DNA of 64,000 nt from Myxococcota bacterium (GTDB taxonomy: Bacteria; Myxococcota; UBA4151): positions 382,951-446,950 of the forward strand of contig JAYZBQ010000048.1 in NCBI GenBank assembly GCA_036338695.1. Direction: 5' to 3'. Both the position numbers and the translations under genes were made by a program. Every line of letters begins with the position of its first letter. Position 1 is the first letter of the stretch. Shown one piece after another: positions 30,919-42,348 of this stretch. A model generated the notes under the pieces. The model did not search any database, had not been told where the DNA came from, and worked only from the letters and a program-made list of their open reading frames with translations.

Positions 30919-31886
30919 TATGAGTTCTCCGAGAAGGGGTCCCAGCCACGACGCGGCAGCGGGTTGCCGCGTTGATCGACCACCTGCTTCTCTTTGGTGA
31001 TTCGACCGATGCGCGTCAACCGCACGGAGGTCGCGTCGGAGACGTCGTTCAGCGCCTCGGTCATCGCAGGGGGTACGCTGAACAGCAGCTCATAGTCCTC
31101 TCCGCCATAACAGACGTAAGGCTCAACCGGTTGATTCATGAGCTCGGCGACGCGCCGCACCCGGGGATCGACCGGGAGCAGGCGGCGGTCGAGCTGAGCG
31201 CCGCAGCCGGAGGCCTCGCAGAGGCGGTGCAGGTCGAGGACCAGGCCGTCGCTGATGTCGATACCGGCGCTGGCGATCCCCATCCGCGCCAGCGTGGTAC
31301 CGAGCAAGATGCGCGGCGACACCGCCCGGAATCCATCGCTCAGCGCGCTGCGATCGCGCGGGTTGGCCTTGAGAACGTCGAGCCCCGCAGCGGACGCGCC
31401 GAGCTGACCGCTGACCCAGAGCTCATCGCCGGCGCGCGCGCCGCCGCGGGAGAGCACGCGCCCTTGAAGCGGCGTGCCGAGGACGGTGATCACCAAACCT
31501 TGGAGCGAGGCGCGGGTTAGGTCGCCGCCGATCAGGTCCACCTTGTAGCGCTGGGCCGTCTGCCCGAGCCCGGCGCCGAGACGCTCTGTAAAGTCGTCGG
31601 TTTCGCGCCCGCTCAGCGTCAGCGAGAGCGTATAAAATCGAGGCAGCGCGCCCATCGCAGCCAGATCGCTGAGCGCTGCGCCGAGGCAGCGCTCGCCGAG
31701 CTGCTCAGGGTCGAGCCAGGCGCTCTGGTAGTGGCTGCCCTCGAAGTAGCTGTCCGTGGAGATCACGAGACCACCGGGAAGGCTCTGAATCAGCGCGCCG
31801 TCGTCCCCTGGACCGAGCACGGTCTGTCCGTCTCGGTGGCGCCGCGCACGGCGCAGGAGTCGATCGATCAGGGCGCGCTCGGTCAC
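30918..31886 (-). CDS. thiL: Thiamine-monophosphate kinase
   Basis: GPGDDGA, LSDLAAMGALP, LIGGD, IDISDGL, GGEDYELLF, GWDPF. Confidence 0.95.
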   Translation of the reverse strand: MTERALIDRLLRRARRHRDGQTVLGPGDDGALIQSLPGGLVISTDSYFEGSHYQSAWLDPEQLGERCLGAALSDLAAMGALPRFYTLSLTLSGRETDDFTERLGAGLGQTAQRYKVDLIGGDLTRASLQGLVITVLGTPLQGRVLSRGGARAGDELWVSGQLGASAAGLDVLKANPRDRSALSDGFRAVSPRILLGTTLARMGIASAGIDISDGLVLDLHRLCEASGCGAQLDRRLLPVDPRVRRVAELMNQPVEPYVCYGGEDYELLFSVPPAMTEALNDVSDATSVRLTRIGRITKEKQVVDQRGNPLPRRGWDPFSENS

Positions 31887-34234
31887 TCCTGCGGCGCCTC
31901 TTCGCGCGCTGCGAAGGTGTGCTCAAAAACCTCTCGGATGTGTTCGCAAGGGTAGATGTTGAGACCTCGACGGACCTCTTTGGGCAGCTCGGCGATGTCC
32001 ACCTCATTGCCTTTGGGGATGAGGACGGTCTTGATCCCGAGGCGCAGCGCAGCCAGGCATTTCTCTTTGAGCCCGCCGATGGTCATCACGCGCCCGCGCA
32101 GCGTGATCTCTCCGGTCATGGCGACGTCTCGCTTGACCGGTCGCTCGGTGAGCAAGCTCAGGATAGCGGTCGCCATGGTGATCCCTGCGCTCGGGCCATC
32201 CTTCGGGATCGCGCCTGCGGGGACATGGATGTGCAGGTCCTTCTCTTCGAGCGCGTCGTCGGCGACCCCGAACTCATCGCCGTGGCTTCGCAGGAAGGTA
32301 AGCGCCGCGCGCACCGACTCCTTCATGACGTCCCCGAGCTGTCCGGTTAGGATCAGGTTGCCTTTGCCCTTCATCAAGCTCGCCTCGACCACCAACACCT
32401 CACCGCCGACGCTCGTCCAGGCCAGTCCATTGGCGCAGCCGATGTCATCCTCGGCGAGGTCAGGGTCGGACTTGTAGCGTGCGGGACCCAGATAGCGGCT
32501 GAGCGCCTTGGGGGTGATGGTCCCACGCGTGATCTCCTCTGCCACGATCCTTCGCGCGACTTTACGGCAGACGGTGCCGACCTGGCGCTCGAGCCCGCGC
32601 ACGCCCGCCTCCCGGGTGTAGCCTTGAATCAGCGCCTTGAGCGCAGGGTTTGAGAAGTGGATCTCTTCATCGCTCAGGCCGTTTTGCTCGCGCTGGCGCT
32701 CGACGATGTAGCGCCGGCAGATCTGCAGCTTCTCGTTCGCCGTATACCCTGCGAGGCGGATCATCTCGAGCCGGTCCAGCAGCGGGCGCGGGATCGTGTC
32801 GGTCAGGTTGGCGTTGGCGAGAAACAGGACCTGACTGAGGTCGAAAGGCAGGTTGATGTAGTGATCGCGAAAGCTCGTATTTTGCTCGGGGTCGAGCACC
32901 TCGAGGAGCGCCGCTGCCGGGTCCCCTCGGAAGTCCGACCCGACCTTATCGAGCTCATCGAGCATGATCACGGGGTTCATGGTGCCCGCTTGCTTAATCG
33001 CCTGAATGATGCGGCCGGGCATGGCGCCGACGTACGTTCGGCGGTGACCTCGGATCTCGGCCTCGTCGCGCATGCCGCCCAGTGAGATCCGCTCAAAGCG
33101 CCGGCCCAAGGCTCGAGCGACGGACTTGCCGATCGAGGTTTTGCCGACGCCAGGTGGCCCCACGAGGCATAGGATCGGCCCCTTGAGCTCGGGATTTTTC
33201 TGACGGACGCTGAGGTACTCGAGGATGCGCTCTTTGACGTCGTTGAGGCCGTAATGGTCCGAGTCGAGGATGGCCTCGCTCTCTTTGAGGTCCAGCTTGT
33301 CCTCAGTGGTCTCGTTCCACGGTAGGTCGCAGATCCAGTCGAGGTACGAGCGAAGGTTCGCCGCCTCGGTGCTTTCCGCGTTGAGCCCTTCGAGCCGGCG
33401 GAGCTGCTTGAGCACCTCGGCGAGCGCCTCCTCGGGGAGCTCGAGCATGTCGATGCGGTCACGCAGCTCTTGGATCGGATCGTCTTCGTCCGAGTCGCCT
33501 AACTCGCGCCGGATCTGCCGCATCTGCTCGCGCAGGTAGTACTCTCGCTGATTCCGGCTCATCTGACTGCGCGTCGCTTGCTCGATTCGGTCCTTCGTCT
33601 GCCGTCTTTGCAGCTGGAGCTCGAGCAGTCGGTGGACTCGATTGAGCCGCTCGACCGGGTCGATCACCTCGAGGATCTCTTGCGCCTCGGAGGAGTCGAG
33701 CGAGAGATGCGCGGCGGTGAGGTCGGCGAGCCGGCCCGGGTCTTGAACGCCCTTGAGCACCATGATCGTGTCCGAGCCGGGCCCTTGCAGATCACCCGCT
33801 AGGGTATCGAGCTTGTCGCGCACGCTCTCGATCACTTTTTGGCACTCATCGGACAGCTCGGGCGGCTCGATGTCCTCGATCTCTTCAAAGCTGACGCGCA
33901 TGCAGGGCTCGTGACTCTTGACCTCGACGCGACGCGCTTTCATGAGCCCTTGGACGAGCACCTTCATGCCGCCATCGCCGACGCGGTGCATCCGCATCAC
34001 CATCGCAATGCACCCGACGACCGGCAGGTCGTCCGCCTCGGGCTCTTCGACGCTCGGGTCCTTCTGGGTCAGCAAGAAGATGAGGCGGCCGTGACCGAGG
34101 CTCTCTTCGATCGCTCGGATGCTTTTGGTTCGGCCCACCCGGATGGGCGCGATCATGAAGGGAAAGACGACCAGGTCGCGCAGCGCGAGAACGGGCAGCT
34201 CAGCGGGGATCTCAATGGTAGTGTGTTCAGACAT
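31883..34234 (-). CDS. lon: ATP-dependent protease La (Lon), paralogue 2
   Basis: [36 protein letters not shown]; start may extend to 34261. Confidence 0.96.
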   Translation of the reverse strand: MSEHTTIEIPAELPVLALRDLVVFPFMIAPIRVGRTKSIRAIEESLGHGRLIFLLTQKDPSVEEPEADDLPVVGCIAMVMRMHRVGDGGMKVLVQGLMKARRVEVKSHEPCMRVSFEEIEDIEPPELSDECQKVIESVRDKLDTLAGDLQGPGSDTIMVLKGVQDPGRLADLTAAHLSLDSSEAQEILEVIDPVERLNRVHRLLELQLQRRQTKDRIEQATRSQMSRNQREYYLREQMRQIRRELGDSDEDDPIQELRDRIDMLELPEEALAEVLKQLRRLEGLNAESTEAANLRSYLDWICDLPWNETTEDKLDLKESEAILDSDHYGLNDVKERILEYLSVRQKNPELKGPILCLVGPPGVGKTSIGKSVARALGRRFERISLGGMRDEAEIRGHRRTYVGAMPGRIIQAIKQAGTMNPVIMLDELDKVGSDFRGDPAAALLEVLDPEQNTSFRDHYINLPFDLSQVLFLANANLTDTIPRPLLDRLEMIRLAGYTANEKLQICRRYIVERQREQNGLSDEEIHFSNPALKALIQGYTREAGVRGLERQVGTVCRKVARRIVAEEITRGTITPKALSRYLGPARYKSDPDLAEDDIGCANGLAWTSVGGEVLVVEASLMKGKGNLILTGQLGDVMKESVRAALTFLRSHGDEFGVADDALEEKDLHIHVPAGAIPKDGPSAGITMATAILSLLTERPVKRDVAMTGEITLRGRVMTIGGLKEKCLAALRLGIKTVLIPKGNEVDIAELPKEVRRGLNIYPCEHIREVFEHTFAAREEAPQE

Positions 34235-34303
34235 GCGCATGATCCAACTGGTGGTGTCCACCGCCTAGCACTGCGCAAGGTTTCTGAGAAGCCGGGCGCT
34301 GGT

Positions 34304-37300
34304 TTAATCGACGGGGTCGTTGGGGGGTATCTCAAGCGCGTCGACCGGGCGCTCTAGGGAGGCGAAGCGGACCAGCTGCGCGCCGGGTCGATCCGGCAGC
34401 TCACTCAAGGCGCGCTTGAGCAGACAGAGCCCCAAGCGCACATCGGCGGAGCGGGCGGCAGGGTGGATCAAGCCATTCGGGAACGCCTCGCTGTTGGGCG
34501 TTCTTTGGAAGGCGAAATCGAAGCGCTGCGTCGCCATGTTCCGGTGGCGTTCATAGGCGGCGGTATCGCCCGCTTCGTGAGCCTCTCGAGCGAGCGCCGC
34601 CGCGGCGACGCCGACCAACACCTTGAGCGCGTCGAGGTGGTTTCGGTTGTTGCTCTGTTGCATGAGGTAGCGCCCCAAGCGGAACTTCTCACGCGCCTCG
34701 CTTGCCCGGCCACGCTGAGCCAGAATCGCACCGTAATAGCCATAGACGAAGGCGAGGGATTTAGGGTTCTTCTGGCGCTTCATGAGCCCGGCGGCGTTGC
34801 GTAAGCGAAGGTAGGCTGCCTCGTCTTCGCCTTCGAGCCAGTGACCGACCCCGTGCCAGCACTCGGACATGGTCTGCACCAACAAATCCTCTGAAACGGT
34901 GGCCGATGCAGCTGCTCGGTCGAGCTTGTTTTTTGCCTCGCGGGTTTGCCCTTGGTCCAGTTCGACGAGGCCCAGTAGCGCTTCGATGATCGCGGTGTAG
35001 CTCTGATCCTGATTTTGCTCGAAGGTTGCGAGCGCTTGAGCGTAAAAGGCGCGCGCTCGGTCGAGCAGCCCGCGCTCGAGATTGATCGTCCCAAGGTTGA
35101 GTTGCGATGTGGCTGCTGCGAGTTCGTGTTGTTGACTGATGCAAAGCTCCATCGCCTCGATAAAAAGTTCTTCGGCTCTGGCGAAGCGAGCTTGGTCATG
35201 CTCGAGCGCTGCGAGATTATTGAGTGTGGCGCTGAGCGTTCGGCTATCGCCGGATCGCCGTGCGCAATTAAGGGCATTTGAAAATGCCGACCGTGCTCGG
35301 TCCACCTCGGCGCTGCGTCGGTGCAAGAGGCCGAGACTTCCTAATATCTGACCTTCAAGTTTCAAGTCATCCGCAGATTGAGCGTAATTGAGCGCCTCCT
35401 CCAGCGTCTTTGTTGCCCGGTTGAGCTCACCGAGCTCCGCCTCATACTCGGCTCGGGCGCGCAGGAGCTTACCGCGCAGGCCGGGCTCGAGCGCCGCGAG
35501 CTCATCGCCGACCGCCTCGAGCAGCTCTCGGCGCGCGCTCAAGGGCCCCGTCAGCTTGCGCAGGATGAGCTGCGCGTAGCGCGCCTCGGCGCGCTGTGTT
35601 GGGGTTGCGCGTGCCGAGCTGCACAGCGCGTCGAGGTTCTTGAGGTTGTCGATTAATTCGCGCCGCAGCGTGGCGCCTTCAGGCCCGTAAAGCCCTGCGC
35701 TGTAACGCACCGCCTCTTGGGCAAAATAGTCAGCGTGGCGGCCTTCGCAGTCGCCCTTTGGGTCCGCCTGGGTCAGCGCCTCGTGCGCAAACAGGCGGAC
35801 GGTCTCATAGATCGAAAATCGGAGCTGTTCGCTCTGCTGAGTTTCGATCAGGAGCAAGCTCTTGTCCTGCAGCGATTCGAGGAGATCGAGCACCCAAGGG
35901 GCGTCGTCATCGGTCGGCTCGATCACCGCCTCTGCGGCGTCGAGGCTGAAGCCGCCTCGAAAGACCGACGCCTGCTGAAGCGCATCCTTCTCGTGCCCGC
36001 TCAGGAGGTTCCAGGACCACTCGATCGCCGCCCGCAAGGTTTGATGGCGCGCCGGGTGCTCGCCGCTGATCGTGTCGCTCAACAGGTCGAGCCGCTGCTG
36101 GAGCTGTTGCGCCAACGCCTCGACGCTCATGTGTCGGATCTGTGCAGCGGCCAGCTCGATCGCAAGCGGCATGCAGTCGAGCGCCGCCATGATCTGCTCG
36201 AGCAGCTCGCGTTGACCGACCGTGACCTCGAAATCGCTGCGCAGCGAGCGGGCGCGTGCACAGAACAGCTCGACGCCCTCTTCGACGCTGAGCGAGCGCA
36301 CGGCGCTGACGGTCTCGGCGCTGAGCCGGAGCCGCTCTTGGCTGGTCGCCAACACACACAAAGAGCCCGTCGCCGACAGCCACCGCTCGATCGCTCGCGC
36401 CGCTGGGTCGATCACCTGCTCGAGGTTATCGAGGATCAGCAGGGTGTTCGCGCGCTCGCCGAGCTGAGCGCCGATCTGGTTGAGGAGCTCGTCGTCGCTG
36501 CGTCCCGTCGTCAGCGGGATCGACAGCGCATACCCTACCTGCGAGATGATGTCGCTCAGGGTCTTTGCTTCGCTTAGGTCGCAAAACCACACGCCGCCCT
36601 CAAAGCGATCCAGATGCAAGCCGCCAAAGCGTAAGGCGAGGCGGGTTTTCCCCAGCCCTGAGACCCCGGTGAGGGTGATCAGACGCCTCCCCTTGGCGAA
36701 CCACTCGGCGATCTGTTCGAGCTGCTCGTTGCGTCCGATAAAGCGGTCGCGCCGGGCGCTGAGGTTGGTCTGCGTGGCGTCGAGCGTCTGCGGCGGCGGA
36801 AAGCGTCGCCCCTCGAGCCCGCTCGGTTTGACCTCGAAAAGTCGCAGGGGTCGCTCCAGCCCGCGCAGGCGGTGAAGACCGAGGTCATGGAGCGTCCACT
36901 GCTCGCTCGTGGGCGCTCCGGTTTGAAGGCTCTCGCTCACGAGGGTCTGCCCCTCATGAGCGGCCCTCGCTAGACGCGCTGCACGGTTGGCGGTGGGACC
37001 AAAATAGTCCATGCGCCCGGTGTTGGGGTCGATGCGACACTCGACGTCGCCGCAGTGGGCGCCCATGCTCACGCGCAAGCCGGCAAAGATCAGCCGGTTG
37101 GCATCGCCTCGGACCACGCTGGCGGCTCGGTCGGCCAAGAGCTCTTGTGACCAGTCGGCGCAGAGCAGCCTGCGCTGAGCGTCCGCGACGAACTCGAGCG
37201 CATCGTGAGCTGTGCCAAAGGCGATCATGAAGGCGCCGTTTTCGGATTTGACCTCGTAGCCGCCGTGCAGCCTCATCGCCTCGCGCAGGACCTTGTCGTG

Positions 37301-37405
37301 CAGACGAAGCGCTGAGCGCACGACGTCGGGGATCTCAGCCCAGAGGCGCTCGGACGCGCGAAGGTCCGTGAAGACGAGGGTGACAGTTCCCGTGGGCGCG
37401 AGCAT
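34304..37405 (-). CDS. Class III adenylate/guanylate cyclase-like domain + STAND (NB-ARC-like) ATPase + TPR protein
   Basis: TLVFTDL...MDYFGPTANRAARL cyclase; GVSGLGKT Walker A, LLILDNLE Walker B, MPLAIELAAA; C-terminal TPRs. Confidence 0.87.
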   Translation of the reverse strand: MLAPTGTVTLVFTDLRASERLWAEIPDVVRSALRLHDKVLREAMRLHGGYEVKSENGAFMIAFGTAHDALEFVADAQRRLLCADWSQELLADRAASVVRGDANRLIFAGLRVSMGAHCGDVECRIDPNTGRMDYFGPTANRAARLARAAHEGQTLVSESLQTGAPTSEQWTLHDLGLHRLRGLERPLRLFEVKPSGLEGRRFPPPQTLDATQTNLSARRDRFIGRNEQLEQIAEWFAKGRRLITLTGVSGLGKTRLALRFGGLHLDRFEGGVWFCDLSEAKTLSDIISQVGYALSIPLTTGRSDDELLNQIGAQLGERANTLLILDNLEQVIDPAARAIERWLSATGSLCVLATSQERLRLSAETVSAVRSLSVEEGVELFCARARSLRSDFEVTVGQRELLEQIMAALDCMPLAIELAAAQIRHMSVEALAQQLQQRLDLLSDTISGEHPARHQTLRAAIEWSWNLLSGHEKDALQQASVFRGGFSLDAAEAVIEPTDDDAPWVLDLLESLQDKSLLLIETQQSEQLRFSIYETVRLFAHEALTQADPKGDCEGRHADYFAQEAVRYSAGLYGPEGATLRRELIDNLKNLDALCSSARATPTQRAEARYAQLILRKLTGPLSARRELLEAVGDELAALEPGLRGKLLRARAEYEAELGELNRATKTLEEALNYAQSADDLKLEGQILGSLGLLHRRSAEVDRARSAFSNALNCARRSGDSRTLSATLNNLAALEHDQARFARAEELFIEAMELCISQQHELAAATSQLNLGTINLERGLLDRARAFYAQALATFEQNQDQSYTAIIEALLGLVELDQGQTREAKNKLDRAAASATVSEDLLVQTMSECWHGVGHWLEGEDEAAYLRLRNAAGLMKRQKNPKSLAFVYGYYGAILAQRGRASEAREKFRLGRYLMQQSNNRNHLDALKVLVGVAAAALAREAHEAGDTAAYERHRNMATQRFDFAFQRTPNSEAFPNGLIHPAARSADVRLGLCLLKRALSELPDRPGAQLVRFASLERPVDALEIPPNDPVD

Positions 37406-37476
37406 GGTGTGTCCGTCGGTGGTGACCACCGCTGCCGTTGTGGCGCGTCGAGGTGCGCCTGTCAAAGGAGAGCGAG

Positions 37477-38625
37477 ATGCAGGTTTATCTGCATTACCCG
37501 TATTGCGCGACCTTGTGCCCTTATTGTGATTTCTTCTCCACGACAGCGGATGAAGATCCCGCCTACGCCAAGACGATGCTCGCTGAACTGGACTGGTGGT
37601 CGCGGTGGGTCGATGGGCGCATCACGACCGTCTATTTTGGTGGCGGAACACCCGGGCGGATGGCGCCCCGTCTCACCGCTCAACTGCTCGAGAAGGTCGA
37701 CGCGCTTTGGGGCATGGACGCGTCATGCGAGATCACCCTTGAGGCGAACCCCGACGACATCACCGAGGACGGCCTCAAGGCTTTTCGAAGCGCGGGGGTC
37801 AACCGCCTGAGCGTCGGGGTGCAGTCGCTGCGCGATGAGGAGTTGCGCTGGCTTGGGCGACGTCACGACGCCGCCGCGGCTGTGCGCAGCGTGACCCATG
37901 CCCGGAGCGCCGGCTTTGATAACCTGAGCTTGGACCTAATCTTTGGCTTGCCCGGTCAGACGGTGGCCGAGCTCGATGAGATGTTGACTCAATTTTTGAG
38001 CCTGCAACCCGAGCATGTCTCGCTCTACGGGCTGACGATCGAGCCTGGGACCCATTTTGGGGTTGAGCTTGAAGCGGGCAGGCTGACGGAGCTCGACCGC
38101 ACCGTCTGGCTGGACATGTACACTTTGGTCGCTCGCCGTGCGGCGGCCGCCGGTTTTCGCCGCTACGAGATCAGCAACTTCGCGCAGCCCGGTTCGAGCA
38201 GCCGTCACAACCGCGCCTATTGGCGAGACCGCACGTTTGTCGGCGTGGGGCCCGGAGCCCATGGTCAGCGCTTCGTGGCGGCGCGCGGCGTCGAGCGACG
38301 ATGCAACCCCAAGAGCTTGCAGGGGTGGCGAAAGAAAGTCAGCGCGTCCGCTCAGAGCGAGGAGTTCGTGGTCGATGGGCGCGATGAGCGCCTCGCCCCG
38401 TCGCAGTGGCTTCGGGAGGCGGCGATGCTGGGCATCCGAGATCTGGACCTTGGCATCGACCCAGCCGCCTGGTCAGCCGAGCTCGGTCTTGCGGACCCGG
38501 AATTGATGGCTACCGTAGAGCAGTTGGTGCAGCGCGAGGTGTTGACCGCAGCGCGCCCGCATCGGCTGCGGCGAGGAGTGGTCAATCGGGTGGATGAGGT
38601 GGCAGCGATGCTGCTGAACGCCTGA
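37477..38625 (+). CDS. hemW: Radical SAM heme chaperone HemW (HemN-like)
   Basis: YLHYPYCATLCPYCDF, YFGGGTP, TLEANP, YEISNFA, HNRAYW; AAGGAG RBS. Confidence 0.9.
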   Translation: MQVYLHYPYCATLCPYCDFFSTTADEDPAYAKTMLAELDWWSRWVDGRITTVYFGGGTPGRMAPRLTAQLLEKVDALWGMDASCEITLEANPDDITEDGLKAFRSAGVNRLSVGVQSLRDEELRWLGRRHDAAAAVRSVTHARSAGFDNLSLDLIFGLPGQTVAELDEMLTQFLSLQPEHVSLYGLTIEPGTHFGVELEAGRLTELDRTVWLDMYTLVARRAAAAGFRRYEISNFAQPGSSSRHNRAYWRDRTFVGVGPGAHGQRFVAARGVERRCNPKSLQGWRKKVSASAQSEEFVVDGRDERLAPSQWLREAAMLGIRDLDLGIDPAAWSAELGLADPELMATVEQLVQREVLTAARPHRLRRGVVNRVDEVAAMLLNA

Positions 38626-38692
38626 GACGTTTCAGCGTTTTCTTCGGTGGTAGATTTGCGTACAGACCGGCGCGTAAGGGACAACTGAGCAG

Positions 38693-39412
38693 ATGAACAA
38701 TCAGAACCAAAGTATGGAGGACGCGATCGCCGAGGCGCTCGCTGCGGTCGATTCGCATGGCGTTCAGGCGCCTGTAGACCCTCCGGTAGATTCAGCGCCC
38801 GCTGAGCCGATGGCTCCGGTTGAGCCGGCGGTGGCCACCGAGCGGGGCACCGAGGTCGTCGAGGGGAAAGGCGCTGCGGCTGCTGACGCCCCGGTGGCGC
38901 CAGCCCCGGATGAGCACACCGAGCGAGCACTTGAAGACATGAAAGAGCGCCATATGCGCTTGATGGCCGACTTCGACAACTATCGGAAGCGGATCCAGCG
39001 CGAGCAGGCGAACCAGCGCCTCTACGCCTCCGAGAATCTGATGCGTGATCTGCTCGGTGTGATCGACAACATCGAGCGAGCGCTGAATGTGTCGGGTGAT
39101 GAACAGAGCGCAGTGTCCATGGCCGAGGGGGTCCGCATGATCCTCAACCAGATGCTCAGCGTGATGTTGCGGCATGGGGTCAAGCCCTTTGACAGCATTG
39201 GCGAACCCTTCGACCCAGAGCGACACGAGGCGGTTGCCCGTCAAGGGCATGAGGTCTATGACGAGGACCTAGTCTGTGAGCAGATGCAGAAGGGTTATAT
39301 GCTCCACGAGCGCCTGTTGCGCGCGGCGGCGGTGGTCGTCAGCGCAGGAAAGTTGGACAGCGCCGGCGAATCATCGTCTAATGGCGACCTGTTGCCTGAG
39401 GCTGAGAGCTAG
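38693..39412 (+). CDS. grpE: Nucleotide exchange factor GrpE
   Basis: [36 protein letters not shown]. Confidence 0.95.
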   Translation: MNNQNQSMEDAIAEALAAVDSHGVQAPVDPPVDSAPAEPMAPVEPAVATERGTEVVEGKGAAAADAPVAPAPDEHTERALEDMKERHMRLMADFDNYRKRIQREQANQRLYASENLMRDLLGVIDNIERALNVSGDEQSAVSMAEGVRMILNQMLSVMLRHGVKPFDSIGEPFDPERHEAVARQGHEVYDEDLVCEQMQKGYMLHERLLRAAAVVVSAGKLDSAGESSSNGDLLPEAES

Positions 39413-39417
39413 TCCCT

Positions 39418-41262
39418 ATGTCGCGTATTGTTGGTATTGACCTCGGCACGACGAACTCCTGTGTCGCTGTTTATGAGAACGGCGAGGTCGTCGTGATTCC
39501 GAACGCTGAAGGCGCTCGGACGACCCCTTCGATGGTCGGGTTCACCGAGTCAGGCGAGCGTTTGGTCGGACAGATCGCCAAGCGTCAGGCGATCACGAAT
39601 CCCGCGAACACCATCTACTCCGTCAAGCGCCTTATCGGGCGCCGGTTTGACTCCACCGAGGTTCGGACGATGTCCGAGAATCGCCCCTTCAAAGTGGTCG
39701 AGGCTGAGAATGGTGACGCCTGGGTCGAGGGGCGCGGCAGGGCGTACAGCCCGGCTGAGATCTCAGCGATGGTGCTGAGTCGCCTCAAGCAGACCGTCGA
39801 AGACTACATGGGCAGCGAGATCGAGCGCGCCGTGATCACCGTGCCGGCGTACTTCAATGATGCGCAGCGACAGGCCACTCGAGACGCCGGCCGGATCGCT
39901 GGATTAGAGGTTGAGCGGATCATTAACGAGCCGACGGCCGCTGCGCTCGCCCACGGTCTGGGTGACGCCGCTGCCGAGCTGGTCGCCGTTTACGATTTAG
40001 GTGGTGGCACGTTTGATATCTCGATCTTACGTCGCAACAAGGGGGTGTTTGAGGTGGTCGCCACCAACGGTGACACCTTCTTGGGCGGTGATGACTTTGA
40101 CATGTGCATCATCAACAAGCTCGCTGATGAGTTTATGGACGAGACCGGGGTCGATCTTCGCAACGACCGGATGGCTTTGCAGCGCCTGAAGGAGGCGGCT
40201 GAGCGAGCCAAGCATGAGCTCTCGACGGCTGAGGTGACCGAGATTAACTTGCCGTTTATCTCGGCGGACGCGTCGGGCGCTAAACACCTGACGCGCGAGT
40301 TGACCCGGGAAGACCTTGAAGGGTGGGTCGGCGGCCTCGTCGAGCGAACGCTCGAGAGCTGTGAAGCCTGTCTTCAAGACGCTGGCCTCGCAGCCAACGA
40401 CATCGAAGAGGTGCTGCTCGTGGGCGGCCAGACGCGCATGCCGCTGCTGCAAGAGCGCGTGACTGCCTTCTTCGGCAAAAACCCGGACAAGCGGGAAAAC
40501 CCTGACGAGGTCGTCGCTCAAGGCGCCGCCATTCAAGCCGGGATCCTCGCCGGTGACGTCAAAGACGTCTTGCTGCTCGACGTGACTCCGTTGAGCCTCG
40601 GGGTGGAGACGCAGGGTGGTCTGATGACGCGGATCATCGAGCGCAACACGACGGTCCCGACGCGCAAGTCGATGGTGTTCTCGACGGCGGTCGATAACCA
40701 ACCTCTGGTGACGATCCACGTGCTTCAAGGTGAACGTGAGATGTCGGACGACAACATGAGCTTGGGTCGCTTTGAGCTCGTGGGGATTCCGCCGGCGCCG
40801 CGTGGTGTTCCGCAGATCGAGGTGAGCTTTGATATTGACGCGTCGGGTCTGGTCAACGTCAGCGCCCGAGATCTCGGCACGGGTAAAAAGCAGAGCATCC
40901 GCATCGTCTCCTCTTCCGGTCTGAGCGAGGACGCGATCGACACCATGATCAACGAAGCGGACGATTACCGAGAGGCTGACCGTAAAGCGCGCCAGATGGC
41001 GGAGCTGCGCAACAACGCCGACGGTCTGATCTACACCACGGACAAAGCGATCGACGAGTACGCGCACGTCCTCACCACCGAAGACGTCGAGCAGATCAGG
41101 CTGGACCTGAACAACCTGCGCCAAGAGTTGTCTCGCGAGGACTACGATGGCTTGAGGCAGGCGGTGCAGCGGCTCGAGCTCTCGAGCCACAAGATCGCCG
41201 ACGCGATGTACGCTGAAGCCTCAGAAGCGATGATGGGTGAAGGCTTCGGCGGCGGCGAATAG
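39418..41262 (+). CDS. dnaK: Molecular chaperone DnaK
   Basis: [34 protein letters not shown]. Confidence 0.98.
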   Translation: MSRIVGIDLGTTNSCVAVYENGEVVVIPNAEGARTTPSMVGFTESGERLVGQIAKRQAITNPANTIYSVKRLIGRRFDSTEVRTMSENRPFKVVEAENGDAWVEGRGRAYSPAEISAMVLSRLKQTVEDYMGSEIERAVITVPAYFNDAQRQATRDAGRIAGLEVERIINEPTAAALAHGLGDAAAELVAVYDLGGGTFDISILRRNKGVFEVVATNGDTFLGGDDFDMCIINKLADEFMDETGVDLRNDRMALQRLKEAAERAKHELSTAEVTEINLPFISADASGAKHLTRELTREDLEGWVGGLVERTLESCEACLQDAGLAANDIEEVLLVGGQTRMPLLQERVTAFFGKNPDKRENPDEVVAQGAAIQAGILAGDVKDVLLLDVTPLSLGVETQGGLMTRIIERNTTVPTRKSMVFSTAVDNQPLVTIHVLQGEREMSDDNMSLGRFELVGIPPAPRGVPQIEVSFDIDASGLVNVSARDLGTGKKQSIRIVSSSGLSEDAIDTMINEADDYREADRKARQMAELRNNADGLIYTTDKAIDEYAHVLTTEDVEQIRLDLNNLRQELSREDYDGLRQAVQRLELSSHKIADAMYAEASEAMMGEGFGGGE

Positions 41263-41265
41263 GTC

Positions 41266-42348
41266 ATGAGCAAGGACCCCTATGAGGTCCTCGGCGTCAG
41301 GCGCGACGCCGACGCCAAAGAGATCAAGAAAGCGTACCGCAAGCTCGCCGCCAAATACCACCCCGATCAAAACCCTGACGACCCACGCGCCGAGGAGCGC
41401 TTCAAAGAGGTCGCCGCTGCTTACGGCGTGATCGGCGATCCTGAGCGGCGCGCTCGCTACGATCGATATGGGCACACCGATGACGGCGCCGCCGGCTTTG
41501 GAGGGGGGTTCCCCGGCGGCTCTGAGATTTTCTCGGACCTCTTTGATATGTTTGGCAGGGGCGTGCGCGGGGCGGGCGCCGAGCCTGACCTGAGCCTGCG
41601 AGTGCGCGCGCAGATCAGCTTTGTCGAGATGGCCAAAGGGGTTGAGAAGACGGTTCGTTACAAGCGCTTAGCCGCCTGTGTGACCTGCTCTGGCCACGGG
41701 ACCGCAACGGGTCGACCGGCGCCGGTTTGTGGTCACTGCGGCGGGAGCGGACAAGTGGCCGCTCAGCGCGGTTTCTTTGCGTTTCCGCAAGCCTGCCCGG
41801 TCTGCCATGGGGAGGGCGTCGATCTGAGCGATCCGTGCACGACCTGTCGCGGCAAGGGCGTGCGCGAGGCGCGCCACGAGGTCAAGGTTCGCATCCCGCC
41901 AGGGATCAGCAGCGGCTCACGCCTGCGAGTCCGAGGGGGTGGACACGCGGCGCGCGGGCAGGCTCGCCCAGGACACCTGCTCGTCGAGGTTGAGGTGCAG
42001 CCGCATGATTTCTTTGAGATCAAAGACAAGAACTTACACTGCCAGGTTCCGATCCACTTTACGACGGCGGCGCTCGGCGGTGGGGTCGAGGTGCCGACCA
42101 TCGACGGGGGCATGCTGCGCATGAACGTGCCGGCAGGCACCCAGAACGGCGCTGAGTTTCGGCTGCGCGGTAAAGGGGTCGGCCAAGGCGAACAGCGAGG
42201 CCATCAGATCGTCAAGGTGCGCATCGAGGTCCCCAAGAAGCTCTCGGCCGCGCAGCGACAAGCGCTCGAGGCTTTCGCCAAGACGCTCGGCGATGAGCCG
42301 GCGGGCGAGAAGAGTTTCTGGCAGAGCATCGCCGACTTACTGGATTAA
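41266..42348 (+). CDS. dnaJ: Molecular chaperone DnaJ
   Basis: J-domain with HPD, G/F region, four CxxCxGxG repeats. Confidence 0.96.
   Translation: MSKDPYEVLGVRRDADAKEIKKAYRKLAAKYHPDQNPDDPRAEERFKEVAAAYGVIGDPERRARYDRYGHTDDGAAGFGGGFPGGSEIFSDLFDMFGRGVRGAGAEPDLSLRVRAQISFVEMAKGVEKTVRYKRLAACVTCSGHGTATGRPAPVCGHCGGSGQVAAQRGFFAFPQACPVCHGEGVDLSDPCTTCRGKGVREARHEVKVRIPPGISSGSRLRVRGGGHAARGQARPGHLLVEVEVQPHDFFEIKDKNLHCQVPIHFTTAALGGGVEVPTIDGGMLRMNVPAGTQNGAEFRLRGKGVGQGEQRGHQIVKVRIEVPKKLSAAQRQALEAFAKTLGDEPAGEKSFWQSIADLLD

Noticed and set aside
40027..41190. 387-aa ORF antisense to dnaK
   Set aside because: Long antisense frames opposite dnaK are a known by-product of codon bias in GC-rich genomes; no independent signals
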